Assembly: GCA_029262615.1 (NCBI GenBank)
Contig: JAJCZD010000005.1
Coordinates: forward strand, 265,317 to 329,316
Direction of reading: 5' to 3'
DNA: 64,000 nt
DNA from: Candidatus Babelota bacterium
Lineage (GTDB): Bacteria > Babelota > Babeliae > Babelales > Vermiphilaceae
The notes below the pieces were generated by a model. The model saw only the letters and a list, made by a program, of their open reading frames with translations. It did no database searches and had not been told where the DNA came from. The translations under genes and the position numbers were made by a program. The first letter of the stretch is position 1. Each line of letters begins with the position of its first letter. This document shows, in pieces, positions 9,225 to 18,022 of the stretch.

Positions 9225-10214
9225 TTAAGGTGCTGGTACCGTGCTTAAAATGGTATGAATCAATTGATTGGTAGTAATTGCTTCTGCTTCAGCTTCGTAG
9301 GTAAGTATAATTCGGTGGCGTAGGACCGCATAAGCAATAGCTTTTACATCATCAGGTGTTACAAAATGGCGTTGTTTTAAAAAAGCATGCGCTCGTGCAG
9401 CATGATGCAATGCAAGCGTTGCACGGGGTGAAACGCCGTATTGAATAAATGGTGCAATTTTTTGTAGACCAAATGAGGATGGTTCACGAGTTGCAAAAAC
9501 AATATCTACAATATAATCGATAACTTTTTTATCAATGTAAATAGTGTTTACTAAATCTTGTGCTGCAAAAATTTGTTTTTTAGTTAACACTTGTTTAATT
9601 GTATTAATATCAATTTTTTTCTGAATAATTTCTTTTTCTTGTTCTTTGTTTGGATAGCCAACCGTTAACTTAAGTAAAAACCTATCAACCTGAGCTTCTG
9701 GCAGGCGATATGTGCCTTCTTGTTCTATTGGGTTTTGTGTTGCAAATACCATAAATGGTTCATCAAGTACAAATGTTTGATTTCCAATAGTAACCTGATG
9801 TTCTTGCATTGCTTCTAGTAGGGCAGCTTGGACTTTTGCTGGAGCACGGTTAATCTCATCTGCTAAGACTAAGTTAGCAAAAATAGGGCCTTTTTTAGTT
9901 TCGAATTCTTGTGTTTTCGGATTATAGATTAAAGTCCCAATTAAATCGGCTGGTAATAAATCAGGTGTAAATTGAATACGCTTAAATTTGAGGCCAAGCG
10001 CCTTTGTAACAACCTTTATCATGGTTGTTTTTGCAACTCCGGGTACACCCTCAAGTAAAATATGACCATTGCATAAAATGGCTATTAAAATAAATTCAAC
10101 AATGTCGTGTTGACCAACAATTATTTTGCCAACTTCGGTTGATAATGCATGAAAACGCACCGCTTCATCTTTTATTTTGTCAATAATTTCAGGACTTGGT
10201 GTCTGTGTATTCAT
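9225..10214 (-). CDS. MoxR-family AAA+ ATPase
   Basis: Walker A GVPGVAKT; RIQFTPDLLPADLIGT; Walker B LADEINRAPAKVQAALLEAMQE; C-terminal GVSPRA lid motif. All are typical of MoxR/RavA-class ATPases. Confidence 0.9.
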   Translation of the reverse strand: MNTQTPSPEIIDKIKDEAVRFHALSTEVGKIIVGQHDIVEFILIAILCNGHILLEGVPGVAKTTMIKVVTKALGLKFKRIQFTPDLLPADLIGTLIYNPKTQEFETKKGPIFANLVLADEINRAPAKVQAALLEAMQEHQVTIGNQTFVLDEPFMVFATQNPIEQEGTYRLPEAQVDRFLLKLTVGYPNKEQEKEIIQKKIDINTIKQVLTKKQIFAAQDLVNTIYIDKKVIDYIVDIVFATREPSSFGLQKIAPFIQYGVSPRATLALHHAARAHAFLKQRHFVTPDDVKAIAYAVLRHRIILTYEAEAEAITTNQLIHTILSTVPAP

Positions 10215-10362
10215 TTTTTCAAATCCTTATTAAAAATACTCTCCAAAATATTTTTTACAAAATTGCTATTTTAATATGAAAAACTAAATTTTACACCCAT
10301 TGTATCAATGTTATAGTAATTGTACAAATAGGTGTATTGAAAATTTTTGTAAAGGCAAACGA

Positions 10363-10890
10363 ATGATTCTGTCTGGAAAAGAAATTAAAAAAAATTTAGG
10401 TAGTGGCATTATTATTGAACCATTCAATGAAAGCCAATTAAACCCCAACAGTTATAACTTGCGTCTGCATAATGAATTGCTCGTATACCAAGATGATGTA
10501 CTTGATATGAAGCAGCAACACCGTGTTAAAAAAATGATTATCCCACAACAAGGATTAGTTCTAGAGCCGGGACGTTTATATTTAGCACGAACCATTGAAT
10601 ATACAAAGACAGATAATTTTGTACCAATGTTAGAAGGGCGATCGTCAATTGGTCGATTGGGTTTGTTTATTCATATTACTGCTGGGTTTGGTGATGTTGG
10701 ATTTGCCGGTTTTTGGACACTTGAGATTTCATGCGTGCACCCAATCCGTATTTATCCCAGTGTTGAGATTTGCCAAATCTTTTATCACACTATTAAGGGT
10801 GAATTTGAACGATATAGATCTAATAAGTACCAAGATAATAAAGGTATTCAACCTAGTATGCTCTATAAAGATTTTGAACAAATATATTAA
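10363..10890 (+). CDS. dcd: dCTP deaminase
   Basis: MILSGKEI start, NPNSYNLRL, EGRSSIGRLGLFIH...AGFGDVGFAGFWTLEI are dCTP deaminase/dUTPase-fold signatures. I prefer ATG 10363 over the Cys-rich extension from 10300. Confidence 0.9.
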   Translation: MILSGKEIKKNLGSGIIIEPFNESQLNPNSYNLRLHNELLVYQDDVLDMKQQHRVKKMIIPQQGLVLEPGRLYLARTIEYTKTDNFVPMLEGRSSIGRLGLFIHITAGFGDVGFAGFWTLEISCVHPIRIYPSVEICQIFYHTIKGEFERYRSNKYQDNKGIQPSMLYKDFEQIY

Positions 10891-10978
10891 ACCTTTTTCA
10901 TAAATAATAAGTTAGTTTGCTTTGCTTTTTACTAATGTGTTAGTTTCACAAAAGTTAATTTTGCATAAGGAAAAGTAG

Positions 10979-12601
10979 ATGGTTTTGAAGATAATTATTT
11001 GGGTTTTTATAAGTTTTCTTATATTAATTGCAAGTTTGTTCCTTATTAGAAAATTAACCTGGGTACCCAATCCTTATTCATTTGTTAAAATTCCTAAGAA
11101 TGAAATTCCTTCTTTTAAAGAAATTCCAGTAAATTTCACGCATCGATTTGATAAATCCAAATCCCTACCATTTATGGCTGGGGCAGTATTTGATATGGAT
11201 GGTGATCAATATCTTTTTGTTGGTGGTGGTTATGATCAACCAGATGAATTATTTGCTTTTCGAGATGGTGCATTTGAAAACGTTACAAAAAAACATAATC
11301 TGACTACAAATCCAAAAGATACAACCTATGGTGTTGCTGCTGTTGATACAACTGGTAATGGATGGGTTGATCTTTTTATTGCACGTGAAAGTGGCGTTTA
11401 TTTATATATTAATGAGCACGGTACTTACTCAGGTAAAAAATTAGATATACCTTTAGATCCAAAACATGCACCACTTTCTATTGCAGTTGCTGATTTACAA
11501 AAAAATGGGTTGGCTGATTTATTTATTTCTGCTTATGTAAAAATCCCTTATGTAGAAGGGCAAACAATCTTTAATAAAGAAGGTTATGGGGGCTTGAGTT
11601 TATTGCTCAAAAATAATGGCGATAATACCTTTACTGATATCACTAAAGAAGCCGGTTTGCATTACATTCATAATACATTCCATGGAGCATTTGTTGATTT
11701 GGATGATGATGGCCAATTGGATTTGGTTGTCGCACATGATACTGGTACCGTTAGAATTTACAAAAACATGGGTGATTTAAAATTTAAAATGATGCCAAAT
11801 CCCACTACTGCTGTATTTAGTTATCCAATGGGCATTGCAATTGGCGATTATAATGGCAATGGCAAGCCTGATCTTTTCTTTACAAATGTAGGCCCATCCT
11901 ACTGGTGGAATATAGGTTCAAACCCCCCAGAGTTTATTGTTCGTGGTGACTTGCGCAAGGACCAATTTTTGCTTACAAAAAATATTTTACTTAAAAATGA
12001 AGGTAACTTTATTTTTACCAATGTAGCTGAACAAACAAAAGTTGCAGATTATGGATTTGGTTGGGGAACCCTTTTCCAAGATTTTAGTTTAAAAGGATCT
12101 CCTGACCTTGTACTAGCGCAAAATTATGTTGATTTTCCGTTACATAAATTATTCAAATTACCTTGCAGGTTACTCTTAAATCGTTCAGGTACGTTTGCAC
12201 CAGTTGAAAAACAAGCGGGAGTGGAGAATCCGTATTATGCAATCTCACCTCTAATTGCTGATTTTACGGGCAATGGTTACCCAGACTTAATCTATACCAA
12301 TCTTAATGGGCCGTTACGTGTATTTTTGAATCAAGGCACTAATAATAATAATTTCATAAAAATCATTATGAAGAATGACCCTGCATCTGTAGGTGCTAAA
12401 GTAGTGGTAAAGACAGGATCAGGGAAAAAAATAACTTCTTTTTATTGCCCAGCTCAAGGTCTTTGTTCAAGCCAGACGAATGCGGTAATGATTGGTATTG
12501 GTAAAGAGGATAGTATTACATTAGTAACTATTAACTTTGTAAATGGAAAAGTGAAAAAATTTACTAAGCCTACCATCAATTCTACATTAAAACTTGATTG
12601 A
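10979..12601 (+). CDS. FG-GAP/VCBS-repeat protein with ASPIC/UnbV-like C-terminal domain (CRTAC1 family), N-terminal membrane anchor
   Basis: Repeated motifs TGNGWVDLFIA, LQKNGLADLFIS, DDDGQLDLVVAHD, YNGNGKPDLFFTN and FTGNGYPDLIYTN. C-terminal GAKVVVKTGSGKKITSFYCPAQGLCSSQTNAVMIGIG resembles UnbV_ASPIC. ATG is preceded by AAGGAAAAG. Confidence 0.8.
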   Translation: MVLKIIIWVFISFLILIASLFLIRKLTWVPNPYSFVKIPKNEIPSFKEIPVNFTHRFDKSKSLPFMAGAVFDMDGDQYLFVGGGYDQPDELFAFRDGAFENVTKKHNLTTNPKDTTYGVAAVDTTGNGWVDLFIARESGVYLYINEHGTYSGKKLDIPLDPKHAPLSIAVADLQKNGLADLFISAYVKIPYVEGQTIFNKEGYGGLSLLLKNNGDNTFTDITKEAGLHYIHNTFHGAFVDLDDDGQLDLVVAHDTGTVRIYKNMGDLKFKMMPNPTTAVFSYPMGIAIGDYNGNGKPDLFFTNVGPSYWWNIGSNPPEFIVRGDLRKDQFLLTKNILLKNEGNFIFTNVAEQTKVADYGFGWGTLFQDFSLKGSPDLVLAQNYVDFPLHKLFKLPCRLLLNRSGTFAPVEKQAGVENPYYAISPLIADFTGNGYPDLIYTNLNGPLRVFLNQGTNNNNFIKIIMKNDPASVGAKVVVKTGSGKKITSFYCPAQGLCSSQTNAVMIGIGKEDSITLVTINFVNGKVKKFTKPTINSTLKLD

Positions 12602-12605
12602 ATTA

Positions 12606-13409
12606 TTAAAATTTATCCCGGAAATGGGCAATTTCTGTGTGAATTGGGCCTTCAGGCAGTCCACGAATAAATTGGTAGATATAAGGATTGTCGGAATCCC
12701 AAACATTTTTAGCTTCACCGAAATATTGAATTTTTCCTGCATGCAGAAGGGCAATATAATCTGCATATTTAAAAATTTCCAGATCATGAGAAATAACTAC
12801 AGAGGTTAAATTTAATTTTTGTTGCATGTCATACATGAGTTCATGAATAACGCGAGAGGTTATCGGATCCAATCCTGTGCTCGGTTCATCATATAGAATG
12901 ACCTGTGGATTAGTAATCAAGGTGCGCGCAAGGCCAACCCGTTTACGCATTCCGCCAGATAACTCAGAGGGGTATTTATATAATGTATCCTCTGGTAGAT
13001 CTACTAATGCCAATTTTTCTTTTACGATGGGAAGTACTTCTTCTTTATTAAAACCATTTTCAAAAAGAGTGATACCAATATTTTGCAATACGTTCAATGA
13101 ATCAAGCAATGCAGCAAATTGAAAAACGTACCCAACTTTTTTAAAGACAATGTCCATTTCTTGATCAGAAAGATTGGTAACATCAATCCCGTCAATAAAT
13201 ATTTTTCCTGAGGTAGGTTCAATTAAACCAATTACTTGCTTGAGTAAAACAGATTTACCCTCGCCTGAGCGACCAATAATAACGGTCATTTTTCCTTTTG
13301 GAATAGCAAGGCTTACACCTTTGGTAACCCATTTATTGCCAAATCGTTTTTTCAAATCAACAATTTTTATTGCGTATGTTTCTTGAGTTTTTTTTTCTTT
13401 TTCTACCAT
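12606..13409 (-). CDS. mlaF: ABC transporter ATP-binding protein, MlaF-like
   Basis: Walker A GRSGEGKS, signature LSGGMRKRVGLAR, Walker B ILYDEPSTGLD. Lies directly downstream of an MlaE-type permease. Confidence 0.8.
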   Translation of the reverse strand: MVEKEKKTQETYAIKIVDLKKRFGNKWVTKGVSLAIPKGKMTVIIGRSGEGKSVLLKQVIGLIEPTSGKIFIDGIDVTNLSDQEMDIVFKKVGYVFQFAALLDSLNVLQNIGITLFENGFNKEEVLPIVKEKLALVDLPEDTLYKYPSELSGGMRKRVGLARTLITNPQVILYDEPSTGLDPITSRVIHELMYDMQQKLNLTSVVISHDLEIFKYADYIALLHAGKIQYFGEAKNVWDSDNPYIYQFIRGLPEGPIHTEIAHFRDKF

Positions 13410-13412
13410 TGG

Positions 13413-14192
13413 TTATAAATTCTCCAACATTTTGGTCAAGAAGTAGTTGGATATTAAAATCATGATTGAGGCCAACACAACAGACTGGGTAGTTGATATA
13501 CCAACGCCACGAGCACCACCACTAGTAGTATACCCTTTAAAGGTTCCAACCCATGTTAAAATTAAACCGAATACGGCAGATTTGGTTAGACCACCAAGAA
13601 TATCTTTCATCTCAACATACATTTTTATATTAGTGATATATTGATCGGGATTCAGTAGTAATACATAGGTGCATACAAAATAACCACCAATAATTCCGCA
13701 AACCATTGCAAATAAGGTTAATAATGGCATGATTATAACGCCAGCAATCAGTCGTGGCACCACTAAATACTGAAACGTATTGATTCGCAATGTTTTTAGC
13801 GCATCTATTTGTTCTGTAATCCGCATGGTTCCAATTTCAGCTGCAATAGCAGACCCTGCACGACCGGTTACCATTAAGCCAGTTAATACTGGACCAAGTT
13901 CACGGACCATTGCAAGTGCAACAACAGCGCCTATAAACTGTTCTCCGCCAACACGTTCAAATCCGATATAACTTTGCAGTGCAAACACCATACCGCTGAA
14001 CGAGCCGGTTAAAATAGTAATGTTTAAAGATTCAACGCCGATACGGCTTATTTGATATAAAACTTTTGCAATTTTAAGTTTTGTGGTCACCAAAACGTGC
14101 ATAGCTTTAGCAAAAAAAAGTGTAAACCGCCCAAGCATGTTGCATATCCAGAGCGTTTTTCTCCCTATAAAGTTTACCACTTGGATAACCAC
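13413..14192 (-). CDS. mlaE: ABC transporter permease, MlaE family
   Basis: VRELGPVLTGLMVTGRAGSAIAAEIGTMRITEQIDAL is the hallmark MlaE/Ttg2B motif. Multi-TM protein of 259 aa. Confidence 0.85.
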   Translation of the reverse strand: MVIQVVNFIGRKTLWICNMLGRFTLFFAKAMHVLVTTKLKIAKVLYQISRIGVESLNITILTGSFSGMVFALQSYIGFERVGGEQFIGAVVALAMVRELGPVLTGLMVTGRAGSAIAAEIGTMRITEQIDALKTLRINTFQYLVVPRLIAGVIIMPLLTLFAMVCGIIGGYFVCTYVLLLNPDQYITNIKMYVEMKDILGGLTKSAVFGLILTWVGTFKGYTTSGGARGVGISTTQSVVLASIMILISNYFLTKMLENL

Positions 14193-14205
14193 TCAAACCC
14201 TCTTT

Positions 14206-14514
14206 TTATTTTTGTGCGGTCGCACCTTGTGATGGTTGTTGGGTAACTGGTGCTTTACGCGCATAACGCAAACCAATACCAGTTTGAGATGATTTCATCA
14301 TAGCAAGGGTTAATGATCCTGCTACAAAAATAGTTCCCATGACCCAGGTAGCTTTCTGAAAAATATCCTGACCTCCAGAACCGCCAAAAAGCATTTGGCC
14401 TCCGCCACCCATAGCGCCAAGACCCATGCTGCCTTTTCCTTTCTGAACCAATATGATTAAGACCAAAAAAAGTGAATTTATAACCCAAAAAGTTACTAAA
14501 AATGCATATAACAT
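14206..14514 (-). CDS. secG: Preprotein translocase subunit SecG
   Basis: Two TM helices and the Gly-rich loop LVQKGKGSMGLGAMGGGGQMLFGGSGGQD. Conserved tpiA-secG synteny. Confidence 0.85.
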   Translation of the reverse strand: MLYAFLVTFWVINSLFLVLIILVQKGKGSMGLGAMGGGGQMLFGGSGGQDIFQKATWVMGTIFVAGSLTLAMMKSSQTGIGLRYARKAPVTQQPSQGATAQK

Positions 14515-14541
14515 AAAAACTCCAAAATTTAATTTATTTCT

Positions 14542-15285
14542 TTAGGATACTATCTTTTTCAATTTTTGAAAATCGAGGCTTGCAGAGCCAATCAAAAAAC
14601 CGTTAATACTTTCAATAGCCTTTAAGGATGCAGCATTATTAGGATTAACACTACCGCCATATATAATCCGTATATCAAGGCCAGGAACCTGAGTGGTACA
14701 TTGCTGACCAAGCCACCTGGTAATTTCTGATAAATAATCGTTGGATGGAATAATGCCGGATCCAATTGCCCAAACTGGCTCATAGGCGAAATAAATTGGC
14801 TTTTTAAAGCTTATTTTCTGAAGAATCTGTAAAAGTGGTTGTAATTGTTCTGTTAGAATTGGCTTTGTCTTTTTGTTTTTAAAAGCTTGTTCAGATTCTC
14901 CAATGCAAATTATTGGTTGTAGTTCATTTTTTAAAAGTAGTTCTAGTTTTTGGGCTATTTCTTCATTTGTTTCATGATTGTATTGCCGGCGCTCGGAATG
15001 GCCAATGATACAATAAGAACACCCAACCTCTTTGAGAGACTTTGCAGACACCTGGCCAGTATATGCACCTGGTGCAAATGCCGAGCAATTCTGTGCACCA
15101 ACTTTGATTGATGTATTCTGCAGCTCTTGAATTATTGGGTATAAAGAAACAAACGATGGACAAATAACAGTCTTATGTGATTGTGCAAGTTTGGCTAATT
15201 TAAATTTATTATTCTTTACAAAATGTAATGCCTGCGTAAATGGTTTGGCCATTTTCCAATTGGCAATATATAAAAAATCTTTCAT
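14542..15285 (-). CDS. tpiA: Triosephosphate isomerase
   Basis: IANWKM, IIGHSERR, AYEPVWAIGSG and IIYGGSV motifs. Confidence 0.95.
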   Translation of the reverse strand: MKDFLYIANWKMAKPFTQALHFVKNNKFKLAKLAQSHKTVICPSFVSLYPIIQELQNTSIKVGAQNCSAFAPGAYTGQVSAKSLKEVGCSYCIIGHSERRQYNHETNEEIAQKLELLLKNELQPIICIGESEQAFKNKKTKPILTEQLQPLLQILQKISFKKPIYFAYEPVWAIGSGIIPSNDYLSEITRWLGQQCTTQVPGLDIRIIYGGSVNPNNAASLKAIESINGFLIGSASLDFQKLKKIVS

Positions 15286-15478
15286 ACAGTCCTTTTTCTC
15301 TTATGTTCCGAATATAGTATTAATAAGAAAAAGGGGAAAGGATAGTGGGCAAATTTGCATTCTGAATACAAATTTGTCCAGATCTCTAGCTTTTTATAAA
15401 AGAGCCCTTTTTACAGGCCGTTATTAGATTGTTATTATCTAGTCACAGTTTTTTACATCAAGTTTATAAGGGTCTAAT

Positions 15479-15928
15479 ATGAAAAATTTCAAACTAACTT
15501 TCCTTTTATCAGCACTCTTGGTTATTGGTATTCATGCTAAAAATCCTGATTTTTGTTTACAGTTTCAAGGTGGAACTACTTCTGAAACAGAATATAAATT
15601 AGTTATAGAAGTTCTTGAGCAAAAAATAAAAGTGCTTATTGCCAAAGAAGCTAGGATAAAAACTAAAGAGGGGTTCTTTGCAAGATTTTCTACCTATGGC
15701 ATAGAGGGAAATGCAAAGTGTAAGATGAAAAAGATGCTTAAACAATTAGAAAAAGAAAATCCTGAATTTGCAAAAATGATTAGGGAACTTGCTGAAAAAG
15801 ATATGCAAGCTAAAGAGCAAAACGAAATAGAAGCTTCCCTTGCAGCTGCTAATGAGTGTAAAAAATGTTTTGAATATCTCAGAGCAAAAATGATTGTTGA
15901 TCAATTTGAACACAAAACTGGCCTTTAG
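15479..15928 (+). CDS. Hypothetical secreted helical protein
   Basis: Signal peptide MKNFKLTFLLSALLVIGIHA. Lys/Glu-rich helical remainder. No recognisable family. Confidence 0.5.
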   Translation: MKNFKLTFLLSALLVIGIHAKNPDFCLQFQGGTTSETEYKLVIEVLEQKIKVLIAKEARIKTKEGFFARFSTYGIEGNAKCKMKKMLKQLEKENPEFAKMIRELAEKDMQAKEQNEIEASLAAANECKKCFEYLRAKMIVDQFEHKTGL

Positions 15929-16023
15929 AGCAAAAGCCAAAGGTTATATTTTTTCTCACCTTTAGCTTTTAACGTAGGGTGATTTAGTAGTCAATTACAA
16001 TCATTTTGTATACCATTTAGAGT

Positions 16024-16560
16024 ATGAAGAAAAATTATTCAAGAATAATGATTTTTGGTCGGCCGGGCAGCGGTAAATCAACCTTTGCCCATAAATTGCA
16101 CAAGTTAACTGAGTTACCTTTATATCATTTAGATAAATACTTTTTTACGGCAAATTGGGTTAAGCGCGATTATCAGGAATTTTTGCAAAAGCAGCAAGGA
16201 CTGGTAGACAAAAATCTATGGATTATTGATGGCACTCAGATCAAATCTCTTGAAATGCGATATGCTCGAGCAGAGCTTTGCATATTTCTTAATTTACCTC
16301 GATGGATTTGTTATATAAGGATTTTCAAAAGATTGTTTGGATTCAAAAATTCACAAATTCAGGACCGAGCAAAAGGCTGCAAAGAAACAATTAATAAATC
16401 TTTTTTGAGTTTACTAAAGTATATGTGGAAATTTGACGCACGAGTAGCAAAATCAATTGCCGATCTCAGAAAAAAATATCCGCACGTTGAGTTTATTGAA
16501 ATTAAAAATGACAAAGAGTTGGAACAATTGAAAAGAAATTGGCACAATGAAACAGTTTAG
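16024..16560 (+). CDS. P-loop NTPase/kinase (adenylate-kinase-like, FlaR topology-modulation-type)
   Basis: IMIFGRPGSGKSTFAHKL Walker A at the extreme N-terminus. Size and layout match small AAA_17/ADK-like kinases. Confidence 0.65.
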   Translation: MKKNYSRIMIFGRPGSGKSTFAHKLHKLTELPLYHLDKYFFTANWVKRDYQEFLQKQQGLVDKNLWIIDGTQIKSLEMRYARAELCIFLNLPRWICYIRIFKRLFGFKNSQIQDRAKGCKETINKSFLSLLKYMWKFDARVAKSIADLRKKYPHVEFIEIKNDKELEQLKRNWHNETV

Positions 16561-17044
16561 TTTTAAACCGATTACCAAAAAAGATGTGCCACTACTACTC
16601 AAATGGTTTAAAGAACCACATGTGATCAAGTGGTGGCCAACACCAAAAGAAGATGAAGATTTTTTTGCTCACTTCTTAAAACGCATCAGATCAAAAGATA
16701 CGTTTGCTTATTTGGTTTTGTTAGACAATGAACCAATTGGATACATTCAATACTATTTGATAGATAAACAAAAAAATCCTTGGCTTCCAGAACTTCCAGA
16801 AAAGATTGTTGGAACTGATCAATTTATTGGCAGACCTGAACTGATCGGTAAAGGCCTTGGGCCAGAATTTATTAAAGAATTTATTGAGTCAATTTTATTT
16901 ACTAAAGAGATTGATGCCGTAATTGTTGATCCAGAACCAAAAAATAAAGCGGCTATCCGGTGTTATGAAAAAATTGGATTTAAATTATTAGGAGAGTTTC
17001 AAGCACCTTGGGGGCCAGCTCAAGTGATGATTTATCAGAAGTAA
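16547..17044 (+). CDS. GNAT acetyltransferase of the AAC(6')-Ib-like (Acetyltransf_8) type
   Basis: Aligns by eye along its whole length with AAC(6')-Ib: W..PHV..WW, NEPIGYIQYY (vs GEPIGYAQSY), GTDQFIG..ELIGKGLG (vs GIDQLLA..QLGKGLG), DPEPKNKAAIRCYEKIGF (vs DPSPSNLRAIRCYEKAGF). 14-nt overlap with the upstream kinase gene. Confidence 0.75.
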   Translation: MKQFSFKPITKKDVPLLLKWFKEPHVIKWWPTPKEDEDFFAHFLKRIRSKDTFAYLVLLDNEPIGYIQYYLIDKQKNPWLPELPEKIVGTDQFIGRPELIGKGLGPEFIKEFIESILFTKEIDAVIVDPEPKNKAAIRCYEKIGFKLLGEFQAPWGPAQVMIYQK

Positions 17045-17059
17045 AAGAACTAAAAATCA

Positions 17060-17353
17060 TTAAGGATGTGGAATGATGGCTATAATTGAAATGGTATTTT
17101 TTTCAGGACCATAATACCAAAAAATTCTATATGCACCGGAAGTTTTTTGTTGCGCATAAGCCTCAAAAACCTTTTCACCACTTGGCCCTTTAAGGCTTTT
17201 AAATTCATGCGCATTAAGTGATGGGTGTCTGAGATTGGTTTCCATAAATGCCAAAGTTTTAAGAACCGCTTTCAAAACTTTCTTTTTTCCAGAATCCTTT
17301 TGCAGAGCTTCTAAATTCTGATGTGCTGTTTTAGTAAAAAGTAACTTGGGCAT
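17060..17353 (-). CDS. Type II toxin, RelE/ParE superfamily (tentative)
   Basis: 97 aa. The C-terminal pattern YRIFWYYGPEKNTISIIAIIPHP resembles the RelE/ParE core. Lies 3 nt downstream of a small AbrB-like gene. Confidence 0.6.
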   Translation of the reverse strand: MPKLLFTKTAHQNLEALQKDSGKKKVLKAVLKTLAFMETNLRHPSLNAHEFKSLKGPSGEKVFEAYAQQKTSGAYRIFWYYGPEKNTISIIAIIPHP

Positions 17354-17356
17354 AAC

Positions 17357-17617
17357 TTACTTTTTTAAATATTTTTTAAAAAAACCGAGATCAATCGTAG
17401 CATCTTCTTTTAAGCTCTTTTTTATTTTTTTCAATATTTCTTTGTTTTCAGGTAAAAAAAGCCATGCTTCTCCCTCTGGTATTTCTTGGACCGGCTCTAA
17501 AATGATTTTGTTTTTTTCAACTCGAGCTTTATAGAGGGATGATAATTTTTTAGATAATTTTGCTAATGATACTCTATTTCTTGAGTCGACTTTTAAGTAT
17601 ATTGGTTCTTTTTTCAT
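17357..17617 (-). CDS. Type II antitoxin, AbrB/SpoVT (MazE-like) fold (tentative)
   Basis: 86 aa. N-terminal YLKVDSRNRVSLAKL resembles the swapped-hairpin AbrB/SpoVT motif. Paired with the downstream toxin. Confidence 0.55.
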   Translation of the reverse strand: MKKEPIYLKVDSRNRVSLAKLSKKLSSLYKARVEKNKIILEPVQEIPEGEAWLFLPENKEILKKIKKSLKEDATIDLGFFKKYLKK

Positions 17618-17696
17618 ACTTTACTCCAAATCTAGGGTTTAACAAATAGTATAGCATAAAATGGGTAAAGTTGCAAATGCAACAAATAGGCAACTC

Positions 17697-17966
17697 TTAT
17701 TTTGGACTTATTTTATGAGTATAACTAGAAATCTTTATATATCGAGGCGAATTATCTTTTAATGGTTTAGTAAATTCTTCAAGAGGGCGAATAAAGATTG
17801 TATTGTTTCCTAAATTTTTATCATTATATAATGCTTGATAAACTACGACTGGTTCTAATTCAACTCCAGTTTTTTTATTAAAATAATAACCAACTTGCAG
17901 AATTTTGTATTGTTTGGCTGAATAATGTTGGTAAATTCCACCAATTACCAAATCATGCTTGATCAT
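17697..17966 (-). CDS. DUF1653-like small protein
   Basis: GGIYQHYSAKQYKILQVG...EPVVVYQALY...IFIRPLEEF matches the DUF1653 pattern (YRHYKG..Y.V...VVY.ALY...W.RP...F). Confidence 0.6.
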   Translation of the reverse strand: MIKHDLVIGGIYQHYSAKQYKILQVGYYFNKKTGVELEPVVVYQALYNDKNLGNNTIFIRPLEEFTKPLKDNSPRYIKISSYTHKISPK

Positions 17967-18022
17967 ATTTTCCCTTGTTTATTGTTCGATATCGTTATGA
18001 ATAGAATAGAATAATACTCTTT

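Noticed and set aside
12587-12809. 66-71 aa ORFs overlapping the FG-GAP gene end and the mlaF 3' end.
   Set aside because: They are overlapped by the well-supported mlaF frame and have no motifs.
14255-14488. 77-aa same-strand, alternative-frame ORF within secG.
   Set aside because: The secG frame carries the conserved Gly-rich SecG motif. The alternative frame (WRYGWRRPNAFWRFWRSGYF) is a frame-shifted reading of Gly codons.
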